From Alloascoidea hylecoeti (Eukaryota): 64,000 bases of DNA. The notes under the pieces were generated by a model. That model was not told the origin of the DNA and did no database searches. It saw only the letters and a list, made by a program, of their open reading frames with translations. The stretch covers positions 1,894,804-1,958,803 of the forward strand of contig BCKZ01000001.1 in NCBI GenBank assembly GCA_001600815.1, written 5' to 3'. The first letter of the stretch is position 1. Every line of letters begins with the position of its first letter. The translations under genes were made by a program, and so were the position numbers. Below are positions 11,365 through 26,601 of the stretch, one piece after another.

Positions 11365-14300
11365 CGTTAACGGTAACGTCAACTAAAGTACTTTCATATC
11401 AATCGAGCCTAATTCATGTACCTGATTTTTATCTACTATTTATAAAAAATTGAAATATAGGAAAAAGTTAAGCATAGCCGAAATATTATTTATTAAATTA
11501 AAAGATTTGTAAAACCTATATCAAAATTAGTTTGAATTCTTTAAGATACGATTGATATCTTGAAATTGTTTGGAATTAAAATTTATATTTATGGAATTTA
11601 TGAAACAAGTTCTAGTAGTTATATAAGAAAAATAGACTTGTGATATGCCTTTTTTTCATCTTTCTGATATTTTAATATGATTGTAAAAAAATAAATCTAA
11701 GCACTAGATAATTAAAGCTTAATTAACTATTATTTAGCCGTATGACGACCAGAATTCTTATAAATATTCTTTAAATATTCTTTAAATAACCTTAAAAGAG
11801 TCAAAGTCTATCATGGTGGAATTGATTCTACTTATGTTCGCCATAGTAAGTAATGTTGTAAAGATAAAACTTTGACAGACCGATAAAACACAGTGGTGAC
11901 TTGAAAATTATCACTCCTCATTTTCTTGAATAATATGATCACTTATAACTGGCTCTCCAAAGTAGAATAAAGCTCCTCTTATATTTCGCAATCTTCAATA
12001 TATATTTTATTCTTCTTCCTCTTCCTTTTCGAGTTCATTTTCTTTCGTTGAAGAATCAAATAGAGTCGCCCCAGCGAATATAACCCTTGTCTAGAACTTC
12101 TTCAAAATGAGCGTGAACCTTTGGCTCTAGGCTTTAAATATTATCACTAATCGTAGAATCTATACTACAACCATCACCTTTGAATTTTAATAAAGATTAA
12201 TCATGATTATGAATAATTATCAATGATTTATATATTATTCATTTTGAATTGTTAATCAAAAATTGAAGAGGTAGTCCAAATAAAGTACTCTCGCAGTCTT
12301 AGCATGCATATATATGCTGGTAAATTATAAGAGCTTATTAAGTTAACTTCATTTTGTTCTTGAAATAAGAATAAAACTTTTAATAAACAAACGAGGAAGT
12401 TTTAGTTGATACTTGGTAACTTAGATATAACTTTTCAAGGGGACTAGAGAGCACTGGACTTATTTTTTCACTCAAAAATCTTTGATACCTCATCCTCTTC
12501 TCCATTCATTTTTGAGTCATTATATATTGTGTCATTTGTTACCATTACCATTAGTATGGTTATGTGAACCGTTTTCAATAGTATCAGATGATTTTTTGGC
12601 TCTTCTAGCCGTGGTAGTATTTATCACAGACAAAGGTGTTAGGGAACTGGTTGATTATTTCATATGTATATTGCATTATAGATGGTAATTGCATGAAACC
12701 TAAATCATTGACTATACCGCGGTATGTATCGATGATTGTTGCTAAGTAATCAATTAAACACAAGGAAAAAGATAGTCAAAAGTATTTAACAATTAGGCTA
12801 AAAGTCTGGTAGTCATGGATAATAAAATAATGGAATATAATTAATTAGGAAAGTATATAATTTTCTAAAGAAAACTCTTATATCATTGTTTAATAAGATG
12901 TAGATACTTAGTAAGTGTCCAAAATAAACGAATTATATAACAAGTTAAATCATATAACTGCATGAATTGCTTTTGCCTCTAGAGATAACTTCATTTTGTA
13001 TTTTTTCACCGAACTTGACTGACCATTCAACATATACCGGTACTTACAGGGTAAAGTCTAAACTTTTGGGCACCAAAGCTAAACCCAGGAACCTTTCCAA
13101 AACGTCGTGGATATTGAATAATTTTGGCACTTAAATGGCCCTTTATTAATGAAAATAACCAAAAGAACAGAAAGAAAAGGTTTAAAAATAGATTGGATTG
13201 GATTGGATTGGTCTCAGGACGCTTGGGGTGGTGTTGTATTCAGTGACGAATGTTTGGTTTACTACTAGTATATTCTTGACAACACCTGAACCTCAAAATG
13301 TTTATAATATAAGGAACTCTGTGTCTCTAAGTCTTATAGTATGGACTCTACTACGGAGTGGAATTTGGAGAGATGGTCGTACTTCACTGCATAGAGTGGC
13401 ATCGTTAATAATGTTAAAGGCTCTAATACTAAATACTAAAACTTAAAGTGGCATTTCATATAGACTAATAGAATCTCTAAAATTTGCCGAACATTTTAAA
13501 TTATATTTTAAGAAGCGTTTAAGGTCTTGTGGATTACTCAATAATTGATTATAATATTTGGAGAGGTGACCCGAAAAGATGCGTAACTTTAGAATTGACC
13601 CGGTTGCACTTTTAAATCCTACCCATTGAAGGCTAGATAATTTTTCCCTTGAATACTTAAATAGCAATATCTCGCCGTTGCGGGATTGGGATCAATTTTG
13701 GACCCGTTTTGGTGTTGGTGGTACCCCTCTTTCTCCAGCCAATAGTGTGGTCTAATTTAAATTGAAGATGAAGACCGAATTCGAATTAAGTGAGTGATTA
13801 TTTTGTGTTCTCCATGAAATCTTATTATTCGCATTAAATAGGTATACTAGTATTTACTATTGTGTTATTAATGGCAAGCTTCTACTTTAGTCATGTTATA
13901 ATTTGAATTAACTATACCAATTGCAATCGAAACCCTTCATAAAGCTCCAAGTAAAGTTTGGTTTATCATAATATAACTAACTTGGTAAGCGTAGGGCAGT
14001 GACGACAGTCTATGATGGGCTAGTAATAGCCTAGTATCTATAATTAAGTAATTATAAATTCCGAAATCGAAAAAAAATATTAATCGGGGTCATAGTAATA
14101 GAAAGAGAGGGGTTCAACTAATTATAATATGAATATAACTCTTGTCACTTGTGATATATGTGGATCAAATTTAAATAAAAAGTTATAAGAGGATATTATT
14201 AATTAATGGGGGAAACTCTAAAATACTAAACCAAAAAAGAAGTGAAATAAAATGTACATGTATGACAGTCTATATAAAAAAAAAAATGAAAACCATATTT

Positions 14301-14463
14301 ATAGGTTTATGTATAATTGAGTAAAAGACTAAATATAACTCTAGTATTTTCAAATTCTGCAAATCTCAAAACTTCGAAGACTTTTTTTATTTTGTTAGAC
14401 AACAACAATTTTAATGTCACATAGTGAAACTTTAAACTTTCGTAACACTTTATAAACTCTAGG

Positions 14464-15474
14464 TTAATGTACTGGGGTTTCTTCCTTTATGGCTAATTGT
14501 TCCTTTTCTTCTGTAGTGAACTCTTCTTTGCTTTCTTCTATAGTTGATTCCCCATGTTCTCTCTGTTCTTCTTCTCTTCCTCTTTCTTCTTCTTCTTCTT
14601 CTTCTTCTTCTTCTTCCTCATCCCCCTCATAAATATCGTCGATGGTCTCCCTCATAGACAAAGTAGGTTTTACAGCAGCATTTTCTAAAGTCCATGATGC
14701 TAAGGAAGCCTCGGCATCCATAATTATTTGTTTAGTAGCTTCATAACCATCATATGCTGGTCTTTCCTCCCCTGGTACAACAGGAGAATCGTCTAATAAT
14801 TCCAATAGAACCTTTCCATACCCAGCAATAAGAGCCAGCTTTTCACAATGTTCACGAAATGAATCAAATTGATAATTAAATGCAGCTTTAAATTTTTCCC
14901 GTGTAATATTTGATAGTTGTGCTTCAGCAACAAGACATTCAGCTTCTGCTCTAACTAATTCCTGTTCTAATATAGTAATTTTGGAAGATGATGGATCTTT
15001 ATATTTTAAATAAGCAATACGATCAATGAGATTTTGTCTACGTTCACGAGATGGTTGAACACTAGCTTCAATATTCCGAATAGATTTTAACGTTATCCGA
15101 TACTGATCATATTTATCAATTAGTTGGTCTTCAAGTTCCCCAATCTCATAGAGTAAAACGCCAAGTTTATCAGTCACATCAGAAACATCATCTTCACACT
15201 CTTCACCCCATAGAGATAGTTGTTTAGCAGCTTCACGTCTTTCATTCGCAACCATTTCCTGTGAACGCATGAGATTTTTTTCCATCTTAATTAACTGAGC
15301 TAATTTTCGGGATAATTCTGGGCCCTTGGCACCCGCCACCGAACGACGAAGAGAATGTCCTATAGAGCCTTTACCAAAAAGATGTGTTTTTGTAGTTGAA
15401 GGGGGTGGAGGAGGAGATACAAGTTGGGATGCTGTTGGTGCTCTGTAACCACGAAGAGAATAGGTATGCTGCAT
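14464..15474 (-). CDS. PIL1: Eisosome BAR-domain protein of the Pil1/Lsp1 family
   Basis: TYSLR..RAPTASQL..PPPPPSTTK, DDVSDVTDKLGVL, LEQELVRAEAE, LLDDSPV.PGE.RPAYDGYEA. PIL1 versus LSP1 cannot be resolved by eye. Confidence 0.93.
   Translation of the reverse strand: MQHTYSLRGYRAPTASQLVSPPPPPSTTKTHLFGKGSIGHSLRRSVAGAKGPELSRKLAQLIKMEKNLMRSQEMVANERREAAKQLSLWGEECEDDVSDVTDKLGVLLYEIGELEDQLIDKYDQYRITLKSIRNIEASVQPSRERRQNLIDRIAYLKYKDPSSSKITILEQELVRAEAECLVAEAQLSNITREKFKAAFNYQFDSFREHCEKLALIAGYGKVLLELLDDSPVVPGEERPAYDGYEATKQIIMDAEASLASWTLENAAVKPTLSMRETIDDIYEGDEEEEEEEEEEEERGREEEQREHGESTIEESKEEFTTEEKEQLAIKEETPVH
14584..14616. repeat. (TTC)11 microsatellite encoding poly-Glu in the Pil1 tail
   Basis: Read directly in the sequence. 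Confidence 0.9.
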
Positions 15475-16690
15475 TTTTAATAAGAATGTTTGTTTCTGTT
15501 TTTAGTGATGGTAATGTTAAAATAATAACTATAAAAGAATGAGTGAAATCTAAAAAATTACTCAATAAACAAACGAACGAACAAATAGAAAGGATAGAAA
15601 ACTAGGACAGTTTATAAAAGATAGTGTATTGAAATAGTTTATAATCAAATGAAAAAGTAAATTAACAAAAAAAACAACTTTAATATAAACCCTAATGACG
15701 ATGTACGGATGTTTAAGTATTTTATGGATATAATCTGCAAAACTTTGTCTCATCATTTTATAATATATGAAACGGATCTTTCTTTTGATTGCCCATATAT
15801 AATAATGACCTTTCATTTGCAAGATTATATCCATTGTTGCAGCTGTTATACCAGTTACCACTATTATAGCCAATATATAGTGTAGTACTGTGCAAGAAGA
15901 GAAAAATCGCTATCTGTGACTGAATGGCATTCGTGCATGTAAACCGTTTAATTCGCCTTTCTGTCCATGAAACAAATCAATCAATCACATGAGACTATGG
16001 TAAGTTCAATTAAATTTGTTATTGAACACATAATCAGTGAAAGCTAGATACTTCTTTCCATGACATCTCCAAAAAACCCTTTTTTTTAAATATAGGGCTA
16101 CATATAATGACTTCTAGAATTCCGCTAAGCGATATTTCAATTAATTCTAATTATAAAAAGCAATTGCAACCAACTAAGCGGATTGAAATATGGTACTATA
16201 AGTGGATCAGGTTATCATTGATATTATTGTTAATCGATATCTGATTGACTTCATGCCTCTAGCTATAGGGTGGCAGCTATAATTAAAGTAAATATGCATT
16301 AATCATGGATATAAATGCGGATGACAGGAACTGTGCTTGATCTGAGATGATAATTTAATTGTATTTTCGCAGTACTTATTGTCTCGATTGTTAATTACAA
16401 ATCTGATTAGGTAATAATGTTCATTATAAGTTTTATAACGAATGTAATAAATAGATTAGAATAAATAGGAATGTAGAGTATGTAACATGTATGGGAAATA
16501 TCAAAAAAACAGCACCAGATCCATGGAAATACATATCTATTTACAAAAGTCAATAAATTTACTCTCTTTGAGCTTAAAAATTAGTCAAACCCATGATCAT
16601 GATCATGATCATCTAAAGTCTAACAAGTCTAACAATGTCAATTGCAATCAAGTAACACCAAATTGTAATCCATTTTAGGATAAATAAAAG

Positions 16691-17452
16691 TTAATTAGGA
16701 ACAGAAGGTAAATGAGATGTAACCTTCTCTTCCTTCTCGGTAACTGCATTAGCACCACCACGAGCAGAGTTTGTATAACTTAAGAAACAATTCCAGAAAA
16801 TACTAACCACATTAACAGTCAACAATCTATATTGTGGAGGATTAAACATAAAGTTTATTGTTTGAACTGGTATCCAAACAGTCCAGTTTGTAAATAATGT
16901 AGGTAAATATTTCTGATCAAGAGAGAGTTTAACCTCATCAGTTGATTTTCCTTCCATAAGACCCATGCATGTAAAATATAAAGGTATACCAACAGGTGTC
17001 CAGATAAATTGATCAGCCGCGACTCTTGTGATTACGTTTGGAATGTCTTTATTTGCAGCTGTTGCTTTTCTAACGTTTATTTTTGTTAAAAGTTTATACC
17101 AATTTACACCAATAGGTGCAAAAATAAAACTACCATACAGAGCGGCTCTAAATGTCCTATCAAACTGATAAACAGGACGCGACTCTGAAGTCGATGCAGG
17201 TGATTCATGAGACAATTTTGCGTCTGTTTGTTCGCTTTCAGTTGGGAAGAAGACCTGTGCAAGGACATCACCTGTAGCAAATAATCCCTTCAAAAAAGAC
17301 AAGTTAGTTATCGATAATGATTATGATCACAATGGAGGAATATGGGTAAGGAATGTGTATATGAGTATAAGACTTACTCCGGTTGTTATCACATTTGTGA
17401 GAAGAGGCCGTTCTGCAATCTTTCTAGCGTACCATTTAGCAAATGAAGCCAT
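16691..17452 (-). CDS. SYM1: Mpv17/PMP22-family mitochondrial inner membrane protein (223 aa, 1 intron)
   Basis: Exon 17452-17378 (MASFAKWYARKIAERPLLTNVITTG), intron 17377-17288 GTAAGT..AACTAAC..AAG, exon 17287-16691 (GLFATGDVLAQ...RVAADQ...NWTVWIPVQTINF...WNCFLS). Confidence 0.93.
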
Positions 17453-17906
17453 TATATTAATATTTTATAGTTTGATTATCGTTTCGTTAGAGTATCAACG
17501 TCTTAATAAGAATCAGTATATATTTATAGTCTATAATCTATGATATACCTATAGCCGATATATATAAAATTGGTTTTTTCTGAAGAGAGCAAAAGAAATT
17601 CGGGGACCAATGGACTTTTACATCTGTTTATATACTTGAGCTCCGTAAGCACTATGTCGTAATCTCTGAAAGGCGTACGGGTGTCTGATAATTTTCTGGA
17701 AAATCGCAGTTTTGCAGTTGCAGTTACCCCACTCGGACCCAAATTCGACCGCTGTGACTGCCTCTTCCCAAACGGGAAACCGGTGGTCCAAAATGGTACC
17801 GCAAGCGTATATCTCAGTCCACCATACGCTTCTGAACTCTTCAAAGTATCAGAAACTCTTAATCACCAGCTTGCTTTGTTAGACATTACAACAGAAATTA
17901 TTCAAA

Positions 17907-18685
17907 ATGGTATGTTATTACAATTCACGATACATTAGAAGGAATAGGCTTAAGATTATCAGTACTCAAGTGTTGATGATAAATGGGTGGTCTGGATGAT
18001 TATTTCGATACTTGATGTTAAAAAAATTGAATGAGTGGAAAAAAATGTATTTTCAATTACAACAACCCTTCAAATGAGATATGAGGCTTTTATGATGTAG
18101 ATGAGAAACAACACTAGGATATATCCACAGTATATTAATTGTGAAGCAATAACGACGAATATCAATCAAATTTTATCTAAATCAAATCAAACAAGATATT
18201 AAATACCTGAAAAATCATCCCATCCCAATCCCAATTCCTACCACCTACACCATTTTCATTATAAGAATATCACTAACAATTTATAATAGAGTGACGCTAT
18301 CACAGTTAGAACCAGAAAGGTTATTTCCAACCCACTCCTTGCCCGTCGTCAGATGGTCATTGACGTCCTCCACCCAAACAGAGCTAATGTCTCAAAGGAT
18401 GAGCTCCGTGAAAACTTGGCCAAGACTTACAAGGCTGAAAAAGACGCTGTCTCTATCTTTGGTCTCCGTACCAACTTTGGTGGTGGTAAATCTACCGGTT
18501 TCGGTTTAATCTATAACTCACCAGCCGATGCCAAAAAATTCGAGCCAAACTACAGATTAGTTAGATATGGTTTAGGAACAAAGGTTGAGAAAGCTTCTAG
18601 ACAACAGAGAAAGCAAAGAAAGAACCGTGGTAAGAAGGTTAGAGGTACTGGCAGAAGACAAGCCAAGAGAACTAGAGGAGATTAA
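17907..18685 (+). CDS. RPS24: 40S ribosomal protein eS24
   Basis: Exon 1 is ATG only (17907-17909). Intron 17910-18289 GTATGT..CACTAAC..TAG. Exon 2 reads [29 protein letters not shown]...[13 protein letters not shown]. Strong codon bias. Confidence 0.98.
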
Positions 18686-18972
18686 ATGTAACATATACTT
18701 AATATCTCTTATAAAAATCTCATTTAATTATCCTATTATTATCTGTTTTTAACAAGTTTTTTGTATTTTACCATTTATTACAAGTTTTGTAAAGCAGATG
18801 ATATAAATAATAACTTGTACTTTCATGAATTCAGTATTCTTCTATTGTAGGTTCGCAATTACTGTGCGTAATCGTAATACCATCGACGGTACATCTTATC
18901 ACGCAATAATCTAACTTTCCAAACGCGACATTTAATCCTTATTTATTATCTGAATATAAGAAAATCCTATAA

Positions 18973-20572
<1,600 letters not shown>

Positions 20573-20714
20573 AACTTATACATTTTGAGATATTATAATT
20601 ATGTTTTATTTTGGATGTAAAATACAAATATATGGCAGATTAATTAAAAAGATTATACACAGGTCTATAGTGAGTATATAAACTATAAAAATTTAAAGTG
20701 GACATATAATGTCA

Positions 20715-22553
20715 TTATAACGAAATCACCTTGGATTTGGTAGATGTTGAGTCTAAAGTTCTTAGTACTGCAACTTTCAGGATGTTCTTCTTTTCAGTTG
20801 TTAGTTTGTCAATAGTCGTTTCAATGGTTTGATCATCTAACCAACAATCTCTTGATATAAGTTCTTGCCAACCATTATGCTTATCACATTTTCTCTTTTC
20901 TTTTAAACATACAGAAGAAAGATCATTTTCATCCGTAATTGATGATTCTTTTTGTTCTAATGCTGCTTCTAAATCGTTCCTTGTAATTTTCTCAATTTTT
21001 AACTTCAACTTCTTCCATATAGGAACCGATTCTGACCATTCATCTTCTTCTAGTTGTAATCGCCTATCGAACCCACAAATGTCTTTCTTTTTACCACCTG
21101 AAATGACAGTCATTAGTTCATTTAACTTTTTAGTTCTTCGGATTGAAATATGCCTTAAATAATGCTCTCTTTCTTGATTATATTTCTTACGATCATTTAA
21201 TCGTAAAATTTCTTTTTGGATTTCGTTAACGCGTTCTTCTTCAATTCCTCTAAACATTTTATTTGCAGTAACAAGATCTTCCCCAAAGGTTCCCAATTGT
21301 TTGAACCTTCCATAAGAAATTTCAGAAACTACCGCACTTAAATCATGAAGATCGATTGCAACCTTTTCAGGTCTTGTCTGATTGAACAATTGATCTTTAA
21401 AAAACTTAACACCATGCTTTTGACAACAATATTTAGAATGTTTCCCTTTATGGGGTTCTAAGAGTTTATCACATCCAGGCAATCGACATATTCTTTTCCA
21501 TTCAGTATTACCTTTACCATCAGCCTTACATTTAGGACATACAAATTTAGAAATCTTAGAGCCTTGATCTTTTGTTATTTTGATACATCGACCATGATAC
21601 CATTCTTCACATTCATCACAGCATACCATAAATGATCCATCATCGGGACCATTACATAAACAATAGTGTCCTTTGCCATAGGTGTCATTCTCACTGTCAC
21701 TTCCATAATCGGTCTCATCTTCTGAATTCTTGACTTTGTCTTCTTTAGGTTCATCTCCATCGTTTTTTATGCTATCACCCTTTTCTACTTGTACATCATC
21801 TGATATTGGCTTAAGAATATTATCGTTATTGTTAATTATGTTTTCGTCTTCCTTTTCATTTCGCGTTTTAGGAGTATTAGATGTAATTGGAGCCGCCTGA
21901 CGTTTTGGAAATGATGATTTACTTCTTTTGATTTTCTTCCCATTTTCATTGTCATTTTCATTTTCATTATGATTCTTTTTTGGTAATCTTCTTTTCTTTG
22001 TGACAGTTTTATTTTTTTTAGTCTCGTTGTTCAAATCGTTATCTGTAAATTTTGGAGGCTTCGGAGTTTCTAAAGTCTTTTGTATTAGTTCTAAAGTATG
22101 TTCGTTAGTTTTTTTGAGCGCGTCATTTTCGTCTATTATCTTATTATTGGTTTCATGTTCTATGATGTTGCTGTCTAATAGTTTAGAAAGAGATTTCTTT
22201 GTTGAGTTATTTTTATGTCCGTTTTGTGTGCTGGATTTGGAAATTCCATATTTATTATTTATTGATGTAGCATTTATTGATATAGATTTATCATTCTTTA
22301 GGTTCTGAATATCTGTATTATTATCTTCATCTATACTTTCCTTATTTGTGTAATTTTTATTAAGTAAACGACTAATATCCATATTTTCGATGGTGGTACT
22401 ATTATTTTTAGGGTGTGAAAGTAAGGTATTAAGACCTTCTAAAGATAATTGAGTAACACGCTTTGAAGAAGTAGTTTTATTATCATTTTGATCTACATGT
22501 AGATTTTCATCGGTCTGAATTACTGGGTCTAGACTAAACTCTGATATTGTCAT
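20715..22553 (-). CDS. SPP1: COMPASS (Set1C) PHD-finger subunit with a long low-complexity N-terminus
   Basis: PHD finger YCLCNGPDDGSFMVCCDECEEWYHGRC..CPKC, then WKRICRLPGC, SKYCCQKHG, DICGFD, C.KE.RKC.KHNGW. Confidence 0.9.
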   Translation of the reverse strand: MTISEFSLDPVIQTDENLHVDQNDNKTTSSKRVTQLSLEGLNTLLSHPKNNSTTIENMDISRLLNKNYTNKESIDEDNNTDIQNLKNDKSISINATSINNKYGISKSSTQNGHKNNSTKKSLSKLLDSNIIEHETNNKIIDENDALKKTNEHTLELIQKTLETPKPPKFTDNDLNNETKKNKTVTKKRRLPKKNHNENENDNENGKKIKRSKSSFPKRQAAPITSNTPKTRNEKEDENIINNNDNILKPISDDVQVEKGDSIKNDGDEPKEDKVKNSEDETDYGSDSENDTYGKGHYCLCNGPDDGSFMVCCDECEEWYHGRCIKITKDQGSKISKFVCPKCKADGKGNTEWKRICRLPGCDKLLEPHKGKHSKYCCQKHGVKFFKDQLFNQTRPEKVAIDLHDLSAVVSEISYGRFKQLGTFGEDLVTANKMFRGIEEERVNEIQKEILRLNDRKKYNQEREHYLRHISIRRTKKLNELMTVISGGKKKDICGFDRRLQLEEDEWSESVPIWKKLKLKIEKITRNDLEAALEQKESSITDENDLSSVCLKEKRKCDKHNGWQELISRDCWLDDQTIETTIDKLTTEKKNILKVAVLRTLDSTSTKSKVISL

Positions 22554-22931
22554 AATATATCCTTATATTTAATGTCCTGAATAATATAAAATGAAATTTA
22601 AACGCACGGTATTTCTACACGTGCACATTCTTAGGTAATACTCCAGACATGATTACTAAACGATAATATTTGTATAGAAAGAAACAACCCTCAAATTTAA
22701 AAGATAAGTAAAAACAGTAAAATATTTGAACGACAAACTAATAAAACAAACAAACAAACAAAAACACCATTTAAATTTAAATAAGCTGTAACAAAAAGCT
22801 TTATGTATATGTATATTTATATCAATATATCACAATTAAATTTAAAGAGAAACTTATCACAAAGCCAATTCCAATATTAGTTTTTTTCATTTAATTTTCT
22901 GAGTATATAAAAAGATTTATTTCATTTTAAT

Positions 22932-25744
22932 CTAACGAAAACTTCTCAATCTTGATGTTGGTAGCGGTCCATCAGGTTTAATTATAGCCCCTGGTTGACT
23001 TCTTGTTTTTGATTTTTGCAAAGCAATAACTTCTTCAATTTTATCTAAAGCCAATTCTAATAATTCTTTACGTTGTTGCAATTCAATATGTCTTTTAATT
23101 TTAGAATCTTCTTTCGCAAAAGCTTCAATTTGTTCATTTGTTAAGTTTGAGCCCAATCGGTTATCTAATTCACGAGGGAAATTATAATAAAAATCTGATA
23201 ATAACTCAACATTTAAAAATAACACAGCAGTTTGTGTTAATTTATCAGCAACTGAATCTAAGAAAATTTCAGGACAAAAGTATTTGTTCTCTTTTGTTTT
23301 ACATTGTGTTGATTTAATTGCCATCATTCTCATCTTTAAAATATCAGATCTATCACGTAGAAATAATGCCTCTTTTCCCCTTGCTAATAAACCTTGGCTA
23401 AAACCAAAAGCATCCGAACCTTCTCTTGGTGATGATCCATTATTACTATTGTCATGTTGCCTATTCCTGGTAGTCTCAATAAATGACATAACCTGGCTTA
23501 ATTTTCTTCCACCAATTGTTTTTTTCAAAGATGAAAAAGATTCTTCACATTGTTTTAATTCCTCTTTTAATATTCTTAATGAATGTTCCCGTGAGGAATT
23601 CCATTCTCTATCTTCAATCTCGATTTCATATTTATATGGTTTGATACAATTTTCCACCTGATCAGCAGTTGAATAAAACCTTCTATTTAATATTGTATTT
23701 GCAGCTTCTTGTATTGAAGATCTTGCAAAAGGATGATTTTTAAAAGCAGTTAAATCAACAATTCTATCCATTTCAGATAACAAAGCATCAGTAACAAGAT
23801 TTGTTGATAATCTACCAACACCTAGTTTAGTTAAGCTTGATGTTGCAGCATCCAGTTTCCTATGCCAGAAAACATCATCAGCTGATGCTGAAGGTAAAGC
23901 TGATATAGGCTGTTCTAACAGACGAAATTTACCATTTGAATAATTATCATCAGTGATAGGTTTATTCCAATATCTTTGAGCTAATAAATCTAAAACTTTT
24001 TGATCCAATTCACTTCTTAATAAAGATCTAACCTCATCTCTACCAAAAGACGAAGAGAAATCTTTAAAAGCCAATTTGAACGCATCGACTGAACCATCCA
24101 AATATGCTTTTGGAGTTAAAGATCTATCATTGTATTCAACTTTAAATCGATATGTTGCTTCTTCTAATTCTTGTACTATTGCATCACAAGTTGGCTGTAA
24201 ACTACTTGCCATTGATTTTTCCAAAACATGCATCAATTTCTTCCTTAGTAATATCGTACCAACTGACATTTCTTTAAATTCTTCAAATTTTGAAAAATAT
24301 GATTGTTCATTTTGAGCGATTAATTTCCCAACATTTGAAGATCTTCTAAATAAACTATTTGTTGGAGTTTTCGTAACAACACCAACATAACCCATTCTTA
24401 AAGGATAATTTCGATTTGTTAAAATATCAACTGCTCTTGTTGGATCAACTAAATCCATTTTTGTAACAACACCAATTGTTCTTTCACCATGTGGATCTAT
24501 TCTTCTGCTTGCACGTAAAGCAGTTGAATTTGCTAAATCTACATCAGCAGCTGAAATTGCTAAAATGATATTAGGATTTTTTATATATTTATCACAAACC
24601 TGTTGGATTTTTTGCTTTAATTCAATTGGCTGATCTGCAGATTCAACTTGGATATAACCGGGCAAATCGATTAAAGTTAGATCGGGAATATTTGGTGAAT
24701 AAATTGTTAACTGAATTGGATCATCAGAAATTGTTTCCGAAAGTGGTACAGAAAGATTTAAATCAGTTAAAATTTTCTGGACTTGAGTGAAATCAGTAAT
24801 TTTTGTCATTCCAAGACTTGGAAATTCACCATATTCAGAAACAGCATCTGGAGTATTAACTAGAGTCAATTCAATTGGTCTTCTTGTAACCATATTCGAG
24901 CCTTTTGGTAAAAATTCATGACCAACGATTGCTTCAAGAACAGACGACTTTCCAGAACTTTGAGATCCAATAACAACAATTGATGGTAGTTGTAATGTAT
25001 CTGATTGATCCACTTGTTGTAAGATATTTCTAATTTCAATCATTTGTTTTGTTAAATGCATCATTTCGAAGCCTCCATTGTCATCTTCAGGATCTTCAGA
25101 TGAAGCAACAGCAGCAGCGCCAACGGCAATTGCTCCTTTACCAGAACCAGGGCCATCACCACCTCCATCACTGAAATCATTTGTGGATGTTGTTCCATGG
25201 TGGTCCGACCCAGATTTATCCGATTTGGAGCGGGAAAATAAATCAAATTCAAAATCAATAGAAGGAAGTTCAATTCCATCTACAAAATCTTTCGCCGATT
25301 CCAAAGAATCAGAGACAAACCCCGTCACCTGACCTATTTTATCTTGAGTATAATTTGAAGCTTCTATATTTATTAAGAAATGAGCTTGGTTAGCTATAGT
25401 TTAAAAAATAATAAAAAATAGATAAACGTACCCTGAACTTTGTAAGTAACATAAGAAGCCCCTGCAAACACAACAGATCCGAAAGTGGCAGGGATTCTGG
25501 CACTTCTAAGCAGAATCTTTGGAATTGCAGTAAAAGAGATGCCTCTTGTATGAAATCTGGCAGCAGACGATATGAGGGCGTTTGGTCCCTGATAAGTATG
25601 GGCAGAGGCCAAGAGCAGTGGCGATCGGCAAACAGGACGTGCCAAAGAAGAGGATAAATGTGAGGGTCCTAATCTTGAGGCAGATTCCGCCACAGACACA
25701 CTTGACGACTTCAGAGCTCTCCTGATGAGCAAAATCGATGACAT
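22932..25744 (-). CDS. MGM1: Mitochondrial dynamin-like GTPase, 1 intron
   Basis: Exon 25744-25432 encodes presequence and TM segment. Intron 25431-25364 GTACGT..GCTAAC..TAG. Then LPSIVVIGSQSSGKSSVLE, MVTRRPIELTL, DLPG, TKMD. Confidence 0.96.
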
Positions 25745-26520
25745 TCTGATGAACAGGAAAAATCAATACAAAATCCAAATCAGAAGGTTGAAAACTACAA
25801 ATCAGATCACGTGTTTGTCAAGAGGTTTATATTTTTATATCTTCAGTATAATAATGTTCAAATAATAGATTTAAAAGACTGACAAAAGAATTCATTTGGT
25901 ATAAAATTGTTTTTTACAGAATATTCACATAACAAGGGAGTTTATTAATAATACAAATCTAGCAATATTACTAAGTATTTTCCGAATATACCACTACACT
26001 GATATTCATTTTATAGTTTACTTCTTTTCCATTTATAATTAATTGATATCCTTCTTTTCCAGAGAGTTATATCGTAGGAACTTTTCGATCAAATCGACGT
26101 GTGTCAGCTATTATATAGTTGTTTGATATTAGTATCTTCATATCTCTGTTTCTATAAATAATTTGTTACTTACCACCATTCTGCGGCAACAATATCTTTT
26201 CAGTCCAAGTTTATCTAAAGCATCTCTGTTTTCCATGTGTTAATATATATTCTTTGAGTGTGTTTGTATTGTTTACTTACCCTTCGGACATATTATCATC
26301 CTGTAGGATGGAAAGATAAGTTTCCCATTTATCACCAACAACCTATTTAGTGTTTTGTTAGTTGAGTATCCACTATGATATTGATTAAAATATTCAGTTT
26401 GGTATTGGTACGAACCTTTCCACAGGAAAAACAGCGAACAGGAATGATCATTTTTAATGTTTTTTTGATGAATAAATGCAGAAAATTGATGGAGCCAAAA
26501 ATTTCTTAATACTGATGGAG

Positions 26521-26552
26521 TTACCCGGCGTGTCCATCGTCTGAAATTTTTT
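26521..26552 (+). promoter_or_regulatory. Reb1-like site (TTACCCGG) and RRPE-like element (TGAAATTTTT) upstream of NAN1
   Basis: TTACCCGG at 26521-26528 and TGAAATTTTT from 26542, the arrangement expected for a ribosome biogenesis gene. Confidence 0.6.
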
Positions 26553-26601
26553 TTTATTTTTTATGGCAAACCATCTTTTTATTTGATTGACAATTAGAGA
26601 A

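Noticed and set aside
16592..16630. (CATGAT)3 and AAGTCTAAC x2 downstream of SYM1
   Set aside because: Ordinary slippage repeats without spacers; not an array.
17524..17938. ORFs in the SYM1/RPS24 divergent promoter
   Set aside because: Non-ATG starts in GC-rich promoter DNA; the + ORF runs into the RPS24 intron.
17910..18289. Possible C/D snoRNA in the RPS24 intron (TGATGA, distant CTGA)
   Set aside because: No terminal stem, suitable box spacing or rRNA guide recognised.
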